A DNA stretch of 64,000 nt from Anaeramoeba ignava BMAN (taxonomy: Eukaryota; Protista; Anaeramoebae): NCBI GenBank assembly GCA_028826165.1, contig JAPDFW010000063.1:1054001-1118000 (forward strand). The letters run 5' to 3'. Under the pieces are notes generated by a model. The model was given only the letters and a program-made list of their open reading frames with translations, searched no databases and had not been told where the DNA came from. The position numbers and the translations under genes were made by a program. Of the stretch, positions 49,877 through 60,954 are shown piece after piece; within the stretch, counting starts at the first letter, position 1, and every line of letters starts with the position of its first letter.

Positions 49877-52800
49877 ATGAATAAACAATCCTTAATTCAA
49901 AGAGTAAAAAACAAAAAAAAAGACAAAAACAAAAACAAAAACAAAGAAAACAAAAACAAAGAAAACAAAAACAAAAAAGAAGATATAGATACAAATATAG
50001 ATACAAATATGAATACAAATATAGATATGAATATGAATATGAATACAGATACAAATGCAAATACAGATACAGATACAGATACAGATACAGATACAAATAC
50101 AAATATCCAAACTCAACAAGAACAAAAAGAGATTCAAATATACCTTTACATCCCTCTAGATAGGCAACCAGAAAAAGAAAAAGAAAAAGTTTTAGCCATT
50201 TTTTACAAAACAAACCCAAAACAAAATGAGCAAATGATTAAAGTTAAAAACAAACCGATCTGGGAAGCAAATCTAAAGGGAGAAAAAATCCAAAACGAAT
50301 TCCAATTTGTGATTATCAGTAAAAAGATATTGAGAGATCGGAAAGATAACACTTCTTCACAATTTAGCTCCAAACCATTTTCCGAAAATTCAAAAGAACT
50401 CCTTTTTTTCAAGCCTTCGGACTCAATTATGCAACTTGATATCGAATATTTTGGCGATTTAATAAAAAGATCCATTTTACAAGATTCAAAAACAGTTGCG
50501 TTTTTTGAATATGAATCAAACAATATTTCAAATAATTTTGAAAAAATAGAAGAAAGTCCCAAATTCATTTTTCTTGATATTGCCTTTTCTTTTGATACAA
50601 ATAAACTGGATGTCCAAGATATGCTGAAAGATTTCAAGAATGTTATCCAGGAAATAGATTTAGACAGCAAGGTTGTCTCGAAATATCTGCAATCAAACGA
50701 AAATTTTATGAAAGAAACCAACAAACACAAAGTCCTTAAATTAATTTTTTTGAACAAGTTCGAACTGATTACGAAAATACTGAATCCTCTTTTGTTAAAT
50801 AATTTTAAGGCAATTTACGACGATTTAATGAACCAGGAGTTGTTCAAGATTCTGGCCGAAGTTTTCTCTCAACTTAAGAATCCAAGCATTGAAAAACATA
50901 TAGTTGTTCTCTATATCTCTCTGCTTAATGAACACAATATCCCCATTCCTGAAATTGACTCCAGTACCCAAGTCGAGGATTCCTTTAAGAAAATATTCGA
51001 GTTTTTTTTGAAAGAAAGAATCTCCAAACACATTGACGACAAAAAGGCACTGGAAATATTTGTCAAAAGTTATATACACATCGTGCTCAAAAAAAATAAT
51101 ATACCCTTTTTGGGAAAATTGGATCAAATCGTTCCACTTGACAAACTTCCATTTAACGTACTTGTGGATATTATTCTAGCTGCCATCGAACAATTTATTC
51201 ATGATATCACAATTGCACAATATATTGAATTTTGGAAGCCGATATTTCCTCTTTTGGAACAATACGAAAAAGAAAAAAACCAAGAATACATACAGCAAAT
51301 CACCGAACTAGCGGATAAAAATTTCAAAAAAATAAAAACTATTGCTTTTGTTATCGATTACATTCAAACAATTATTATCGAAAAAGTATCGCTACCATCT
51401 TGGTTTTCTGAAACATTTAAAAAAAGACTTATTACTGAATATAGCTTATTACTCAAAGAAAAGAAAGTTAAAAAATATCATTTGGAAAAATTAGAGTTCG
51501 AGATCCATCAAAAATGCTGGAATAATGTTGCAGAAGAGATTCAGGGAATAAATATAACTTATAATAATAATATTAGTGCTGAGAGTTTAATACAAAAATT
51601 CGAACAATTACATTCAAATATATATAATGTTAATAGAGACATCAATAAAGTGAATCTCTGGGTATATTTGGTGAAGCTAAACCAACAACTAATTTCTGAG
51701 AAAGGAAAAGAATTATGTGAAAAATATGAACTTTTTTCCAAATTAGATACGGAACATAAGTGCATCAAAGAAATCAAAGAAAATATCGAAAATGGAAAAA
51801 TCAAGGTTTGCGAGCTCGAAAAAGTAACAGAAGATTTTTTTAAATTTGTTATTATCAAATTGTTTAGAGATGAGGAACTAGTCTACGATCCCCTCATCGA
51901 AAAATTCAAAAAACAAAAAGAAATTCTTCAGAAATTCAAAGAACAACAAAAGATTATCCAAAAGTTCATAGATGAGTTTACTGGAAATAAAGTCACAAAT
52001 CCTAATTTAAAAGAAAAAATACAAGCAAGTCCTCAAACTGAAATCTTGGAAGCACTTGTTTTTTTTGGAATTGAAGAAAATATCATAAAACGAATTGATA
52101 TCTACAATAGCATATCCGAAAGCAATTGGATTAAAGAGCTTGTGTGGAAAGAAGTAACCAAAGACCAAGATACAATTCAAGTAAAGTCATCAATTGATAA
52201 TATGGACAAAAAAATAAAAATAATCGAGCGAGGGTTTATCGAACAGAAATTCACATTTAAAGATTTGAATGAATATGTCACTTCCAAAATGAATGATTCC
52301 GATATCAAAAAAGAAGTTAAGTTTTTAAATAAGGTAATCACCCGAAAATTGGAATCCTCCATTCTCAAGAAATACAAATTAATCCAGGATTTCGAACCAA
52401 AGTCAAAGCTTTTCATTTTCTTCTGCGGAAAATTCGATATCGAAACCAAAACAGACTTTGAGGAATTCAAGCAAATATACCAGAAAATGGAGGAAAAAAC
52501 CCTGGAAGAAGTACCCAAGCTTTGTGAAATTCAGCAAAAATATGTGGAAGGATTCAAAAACTCCTTTTTCGAATTCATTTCAGATATATTCCCTATTCTT
52601 GAACAAAAAAACAACGATTCTCTCTCCATTTTGATGATAAATTGTTCGATTTCATCCGCAAAAATTCAGAGACTTGGGAGCAGGTTATAGAGCTGATTGA
52701 CGAGCAATTCTTTTTCTATCAGGACTCTCTTAACATCATCCATTCTAGGCTCGAAAATTTAATTGCAATAAAAAAATTCCAAAATTTCAATAAATTTATT

Positions 52801-55800
52801 GAAGAGGCTCTAAAAAATGAAAATGAATGGCGAAAGAAATTTATACAAGAAGCAGAAAACTGGAGAAGCCAAAAAGACATCATCAACCAAATTTTCACGA
52901 GTCTAGATTACATCATCAAGTTCATCGAGCAAAAGCTTGAAACACCAAAACAGAGAGCTTACAAAAACTTGGTTAATATTATATCCAAGAAAAAAACCCA
53001 AAAAAAAATTTTCATATTTTCAATCAAGGATTCAATTGAATTTGAATGCAAACTTTTCATGAGAGAATCCAAATCCAAATCCAAATCCAAATCCAAATCC
53101 AAATCCAAATCCAAATCCAAATCCAAATCTAAATCCAAATCTAAATCCAAATCTAAATCTAAAAATGTGGTAAAGGAAATGAGTTTTAATTTCCCAAATT
53201 TCCATGAGATTAATATGCTATTGCTTGAAAACGAAAATCAAGAAAATGAGGATGAAAATGAAAACGAAAATGAAAATGGAATGGAAAGCGAAGATGAAAG
53301 TGATGATGACAATGAAGATAAAAATGGAGATCAAAGAAAGGATAAAAAGAGAAAAAAGAGAAGATATCTAAGAATATTCGAAGAATTTTTTCCTTTGATT
53401 CAAGATATGATGTCCATATTAAACCATTTCAAAGTGTCACTCCATCCCGATTTTATTAAGGATTATTCACTTAATATTGAAATTTCCAATCCAAACGATT
53501 TGGACAAGGAACGCAACAAAATTGCAAGCCAAAAAAGTCATTGGGAGGAAATAGAAAAAGAAACTGAAGAAAAATATTTCTATGCATATTTTTACTCTCA
53601 TCACCAACTCAAAATTCTTTATAATGTACTCAAAAAAAACAAGAACAATCAAAACCAGCAAAATACGGAACAATCAGGAAAACACAAAACAAAGAGAAAC
53701 CCAGAAGAAACAAAAAGTGTTGAGCAACTTCTCAAATTAACAAATACCAAACCATTTGATTGGACTCAAAAAAAAGATCTAAAAAAGGATTTTAAGGCTT
53801 TTATCCGGAAACTACATCAAAATATTGAAAAAAGCATACAAGAAAAAGAAAAAGAAAAAGAAAAAGAAAAAGAAAAAGAAAAAGAAAAGATTAAGGAAAA
53901 AAAAAAGATTAAGGAAAATCGGCTCCGCTCATTGTTTTTTAAAAACTGGGCTCCTCAAGGCCAAGAACCAATATTTATAATCCAGATCAAAAAGGAACTC
54001 GAAGTATATCAATTCATCACAATACTCTATCTCAAATACACAAAGGAGTTTCCATCAAGAGAACAAGTTCTTTTTTGCCATAAAAATACAACAGAGGATG
54101 ATATCTCCAGATTTGTGATCATCTTCAAAAAACTCAATGCGCAGAATAAGCACCAGATTTTCTCGATAGTCTTTCCTCACAAACTTCCAAAGAAATTGGA
54201 AATGGTTTTGATCTCCAAGCTCAAAACAACAACAAGCACAAATAGCATGAATAAGAACAAATCGATAATGCTTTTTTCTCTGGAGAATTCAGAGGCGACA
54301 AAGAACTATTTGAGTAACTTTTTGATAAGTTTAGGACAGAAGGAGATCGAAGACCAGTTTGGATTTGAGGAATTCTCCGACAAAGAAATGTTCATCAAAG
54401 AAGAACTTAAGAAAGAACATCTAGGAAGATTCAAGAATATGGAAGCTTTTTTTTCAGAGTTTGCTGGTTGCGGCAAAACATTCCAGATCCGCAAGAAACT
54501 ATTTGAAAAAAATTCATGCATCGCAAACGAAAAAAGCCAATACAAATATTGCCATATCGATATTCGTGTCGATGATCCGCATCGCTTGATTAAGAAACTA
54601 ATAAAACAAGATAACAAATACAAACATCGCAAAAAATGCTTCCATTTCGATATTGCGTATTGTGCTGGAAATGAGACTGCTGAGCTGATTTGGTCTTTAC
54701 TCATTTTCGGATGTATTGAAGACAAAAGATCTTGGAATGCCGACACCTCTGCTTTCATTTTCAACGAGAAAAGACACCTAATTTATTTTGAAGTGCCGAG
54801 TACTCGTGTCAAAAATTCATTTTTCGGATTAAAGTATTTCCCAGCACTAAATTTTATTGAGTCGACACACTGCGAGATCAACTCTAGTACTGTGTGCAAA
54901 AATTATTATGAAATTGATGATAACCAGATAATCAGCGTACATAAAAATAAGAATATGATGGCTTGCGCTAATTTCTTCAAAAAAAAAGACCAAGATTTCG
55001 AGGAATTCAATTTTAAGGATCGGAACAAAATACTTTTGGACGAAAATTATAACGAAGAGAGTCTGTTTGAAAAATCCACCAATATCGATACCATTAAAAA
55101 CGAAGAGTTAACTTTCATGCTAATTTCTAATTTCTGGAAATTGCTTGGCTTCTACATCAATTCAATCAAGGATTGGAAAGAGTTTTATTCAGAAACAACA
55201 GAATATTTTTTAGACCAAAGAAGAATATCTGAGAAGTTTCAGAAAAAAATATCAGATCTTATTGTCGATACATCATCTAAAATTATTCAAAGATCGTTTT
55301 CTTGGACAAAAACAATCGCACACCGTTCCGATTGCAATAATTTTAAACAGTTTGTGCTTTGGGATCATAAAATGAATGGATCCATTTTTGCGTTTTCAAA
55401 GAGTCAAGACAATTCCTCTCAATTTGGGTTTTTCTCTCGTAATAGGCTACCAAATAATTTTTTTGATAATAGAATCAAGGCTGCACTAAAATCAAGAAAC
55501 GTTCTGTCTGGACCAATTTCGACATCACATTCGAAAAATATCGAAGAATATCTGGGTTTCCTTCTCAGGTTTGGTAATTCTAATTCTCGTTACGAAATTA
55601 TCCCCAATATTAGAGAAACAACTTATCAACTAACAAACGATAACTTCCTCAAATGTATCTTGATCCAGATTCGCTTGTTTTCTGGATTGCCTGTGGTTAT
55701 ATTAGGCGAAACTGGGTGCGGAAAAACGAGACTTATTAAGTTCTTGTTTACGGATTTATTAGGGAAGAATTTGCATGTCTTAGATATTCATGGAGGCACA

Positions 55801-58800
55801 ACAGAGAAGGAGATCAAAGACAAGATGGATGGCGTGATAAAAAACATGAAAAAAGGTGTCGATGAGATCATTCTTTTCGACGAATTCAATACCGCCACAA
55901 AAGAATGCATTTCTTTGATGAAGCAGATGCTTTTTGATCGTATCTATAAAGGAAAAACAATAGCTAAAGAGATCCAATATATTGTTATTGCGAATCCTTA
56001 TCGCAAATACGAAACCAAACCCAAAGAAGATGTAAATGAAAAAATTGATACAAAACATAAATCTAAATCTAAAAAAGATTCAAATGAAAAAACTAAATCT
56101 AAAGAAGATTCAAATAAAAAAACTAAATCTAAAGAAGATTCTAATAAAAAAACTAAATCTAAAGAAGATTCAAATGAAAAAACTAAATCTAAAAAAGATT
56201 CAAATGAAAAAACTAAATCTAAAGAAGATTCTAATAAAAAAACTGGTCCAAATAAACAAGATCTTGAAGACTTGAACTCAGGATTTGAGTTGAGTGTGAT
56301 GTTTGATTACAAAGAAAAAACAAAGGAAATGAAAAAACTTCTGAGAGCTATTTACAGAGTTCGTGAAATCCCAGACTCGTTTTTCGACCACATTTTCGAT
56401 TTTGGTTCCCTCGATAAGAAAATTGAAGAACTTTATCTGCGCCAAATGATCAAAAACAAATTCTCTGATATTTGGGGATTTTCACCTCAAGAAAACAACG
56501 ATTTAATTGAGCTTTATAAGACTTTACTTTTCAAATCTCATGAATTTGCCAAGGAATATTCGCTTGATGGGAAAAGCTCCATTTCTCTTCGTGATGCAAC
56601 AAGAGCCCTTAAGGTCTGGGAATTTCTTTTGGGTACAGATTTAACTCTCGAGTTTTTTGCTAATAAGAGTGATGCGGCAGAAGTTGAAGACTCTGATTTT
56701 GGTCAAAAGAAATTGAAGATGATCATTTCTATTATTTTGTCCATATTTATTAGTTATGGATGTCGATTTTCTGTGGATTTAAGAAAAGAATATTATCAAT
56801 ATATTTTGAAAAAATTGGAAATCCCACAATTTCTAGAAAAATCAAAACCAAAATTTCCTCGAGATTATTCAGACTTCGAAAGTATTATCAAACAAATTCG
56901 TGAAAATTTCTCGAATAAAATTGATGCTGATGAAAATTTTAAATCCAAAGCCATTGCGCCAAATGAGGCACTGACAGAAAATCTACTAATCGAATTCATT
57001 TGTATTCAAACAAAAATACCATTATTTATTATTGGGAAACCAGGTAAATCTTTAATTATTTTATTTTATTTTATTTTATTTTATTTTAATTTTATTTTTA
57101 TTTTATTTTTATTTAAACAAACAGGAACATCCAAATCATTATCAATTGAAACCTTAAAAAGTTGGTTGAGCAACTCTTCATTGAATGCGCAAATAAGAAA
57201 CGGGAAGCTTCAACCTATCCGTGTTTTTCCTTTGCAATGCTCGCCACAAACAACATCCCAAGCAATTAGCTCAATTTTCCAGCAAGCAAGAAATTATCAG
57301 AGAGATCTCAAAAACTACGAGAGGAGATTAAGAGAGAAAGAAGAAGAAACACAACAAACACTTTTTTTTCGAAGAATTATTCCTGTTATTCTTTTGGATG
57401 AGGTTGCGCTTGCTGAAATTAGTCCTGATTTCCCTTTGAAAGTTCTGCATAAGGAATTGGAAATTTGTGATCAATCGGAACAGAATGAAGATCTAATACC
57501 TGTAATAGCAATCTCAAATTGGAGACTTGATGCAAGTAAAACAAATCGTGGAATCATCCTCCAAAGGAACGATCCTGACAAAGATGGCTTAATTCAAACA
57601 GGGAAAAGAATCCAAGATTTTATTTTTTTGTCATCTTCGGATTCAAAAGACAGAAAAGGGATGGATTTATCTGGTTCACTCAAAAATTATTTAGAAGAAA
57701 CTCCTAAAAAACTTGCAAAGATTTATCTGAAAATCCTCAAAAAACAAAAGCAGAAACAATACATCGAAAAGCAAATGATACGTGACAACTTTTTTGGATT
57801 GCGAGATTATTACTATTTAGTAAAGATGACTGGATATAATTTAAAAGATAAAATCAAATCAAATCAAAATCAAAATCAAATTTCCGGCATCGAAGATATT
57901 ACGAGCGAAATTTCTTCCAAAGAATTTCGACAAATTGTTTTTAAATCTCTTTGTAGAAATTTTGGAGGAGTTCCCGAATTTTTCAATGAAGCTGTCAAAA
58001 AATTATTTATGGACCATTACCCAAATAATTTGAACGACAATAACAAAAATATAAAAAATGATGATAAGATACCAAGTCCTATCGATTTAGTTCTCGATAA
58101 CCTTAATAGTGAGAGGAATCAAGTAAACGCTGAAGAAACTTCTCCTGATAACCTCAATAGTGAGAAGAAAAACGTAGGTGCCAAAAAAAATTCACCGATC
58201 AAATCAAGACATGTGATGATAATTTGCGAAGAGATGGCGATTCTCCCATTGATTATCGAGAAATTGAAATCGGATTTGAATGGCAAAGAAACTGATAATA
58301 GTGGGAAGAAAAAGGATATTATCAAGCTTTTGTATGGATCATATTTTGCCGAAGATAAAGAAACTCAAACATTCCGAGACTTAAAAAATGTTGCGAGTTT
58401 CCTTGCAGAAAATAATGTGACTGTTTTATGCAATCAAGACCAGCTTTTCGAACCGTTATACGATGTTTTGAACCAGAAATACACCAAGATTGGCAACAAG
58501 TACATCTCAAACATAAGCTTCGGACCAACAACTACAAGAGTGACGATAAATTCTGCCTCGCGTATTGTTGTTGTAATGCCCAAAAGCGTTGTTTATAAAG
58601 ATTTATCTCCAGCTGTGTTGAACAGATTCGAGAAACATCTTGTAACTTCGGGGGATTTTCTCAATGAAATAGGCCAACAAAATCTTGCAAATATCCAAAC
58701 GCATTTCGAAGAAATCCAAAATATTACTACGTTATCTATTAATGAGTTGCTAGTAGGATATCACCCTGATTTGATTCCTTCACTTGCATTAAAATTGCAG

Positions 58801-60911
58801 AAACGTCTTAAAAAAAATATCAAAAAAGGCATTAATTTTCAAAAATTCTGGATCAAAATCGCCAACTTAGGCTCTATGATTTATTTGAGAAAACTCCTTA
58901 ATACCAACAATGATTCCAAAGATGAACAAAAGAAAAATGGTATTCGTGAAACTGTGTCAAATTATTTCCAGAATTACCCACCAAATCTCAAGCAGTTTCT
59001 TAATAATCTAGAAAATTCTCGTAAAAATTTCAAAACAAACCGAGTTATTCTTTTGACAAATTCTCCTCCATTTGATCTTGAACGTTTTTTGGAATATGAA
59101 GAATTTAAGGAAAAATGTTCTTCTGTTAGTGTTTCAAATTTTGGGAAAACGGATGATTTCATGAATTACATTGCTTTGCATTCTAAAAACAAGCAATTTT
59201 TGTTTATACAATTTGAAGTATCTCCTAATAACAGAGTTATGGAATCATTTCAATTTATAAAAAGTAAGATTGAATCGGGTGAAATTTTCAAGGTAAAAAG
59301 AAAGAGAAATGAAAACAATGAAAACAATGAAAACAATGAAAACAATGAAAACAATGAAAACAATGAAAACAATGAAAACAATGAAAACAAGAAAACAAAA
59401 GAAAAGCAAAAGCAAAAGCAAAAGCAAAAGCAAAAGCAAAAGCAAAAGCAAAAGCAAAAGCACAAAAAAAGAAAACAATGAAAAAGATAATATCCCAAAA
59501 TATATTATTCTATGCGTTCATCTCCCTTGTAATGAAAATCAATTGTTTCGTGTTTGCTTTGAAGAAAAATGGGAATTATTCTTTTTAGATGATTTAAATC
59601 CCTATTTCGAATCGAATAGTTTATTTCTTGATGATTTGCATACCATATATACGAAAGACAAAATGAATGAACAGAAGAAGTTATTTAACGAGGTTGTTAA
59701 ATTGGCATCTAATAAGGTGAATATAAGTGCTGAAGATTTGGGTGAGATTGATTCGTTTTTGCATGAAAAGTTTATGGAGAGCTTGAAAGAAAAAAAAGTA
59801 ATTGAAGAATGGGAAAAAAGAACAAATTCTATTTATAAAAATTCTCGTTCGCAAATTTCATTTGAATCGGTGAATTCAAGTTTTAACAGAAATATACATG
59901 ATTTTTCTGTTCAAATTGTAATACAAATTATTGAAGAAATTTCTCAGTTCAACAATTTGAAACTCAAGAAGGAAAATAAGAAATTATGGGAGTTTTGCTT
60001 AAGAAATTTCCATCCATTTAAAGTGAAATATGAGAAGATTAATCGGGTTACGGAAATTGAATTTCCATTTAGCTTTTATTTCTATTCGTTTCAGGAAGTA
60101 CTAGACTCTGGGCAGGATAATTTTCTTATAAGACAAGGTATTCAATTCTTCGAAAAGATTGATGCAAAGTATAAAGACCAACTCAATGTTCTGATTCCTA
60201 AATATTTAGCAGATTTTATTCGATACTCTTTATTCCCAAAGGATTTTGAAATTTATCAAATTTTGGAATCTTTGAATGAATTTAATTCTCAAAGTGTACT
60301 ATTTCCAAAATTAAAACTGAAATCTCTAAAAAAAATTTACGAGGAATTGATTGGAATTGAAAAGAAACCAGAATGGAAAACATTAAATTTGATAATCAAA
60401 TGTTGTTCTTTATTAAAAGAAATCAATTTTAATCTGGATAGTTTGAAGAAAGAAGATTTTACAATATCGACTCTAATTGAAAAAATTATCAACATCTCTT
60501 CTTCCTTTAAGAACGATTTGAACATTGTTTATATTATAATGAAAAGATCAAAAAGAATCAAAGCCATGATTGAAGAGGTTCAAGATAAACCAAAAAAAGA
60601 CAATTTACTCAAAAAATGGAAAAATGTAGAATTTCGGAATTTGTTGAATGCTTATAATGAATCATCAGACCAAAAAGAAGATTATGAAAATGATTTATTT
60701 CAGCTAATGAACGAATCTTTTTCAAAAAATAAAGAAAATAAATTTAAGGAATGGTATAAACCTATTACCAGATTTATTCTTGATACAATACTATTTGAAT
60801 CTAAGTCACCAAATGAAAATGAAAATGAAAATGAAAATGAAAATGAAAATGAAAATGAAAATGAAAATGAAAATGAAAATGAAAATGAAAATGAAAATGA
60901 AAATGAAAATG

Positions 60912-60954
<43 letters not shown>

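Noticed and set aside
52644-52669. 26-nt mini-intron GTTCGA...TTCAG to fix the first RNF213-like frame break
   Set aside because: Splicing would create an in-frame TAG (T|AG) at the junction.
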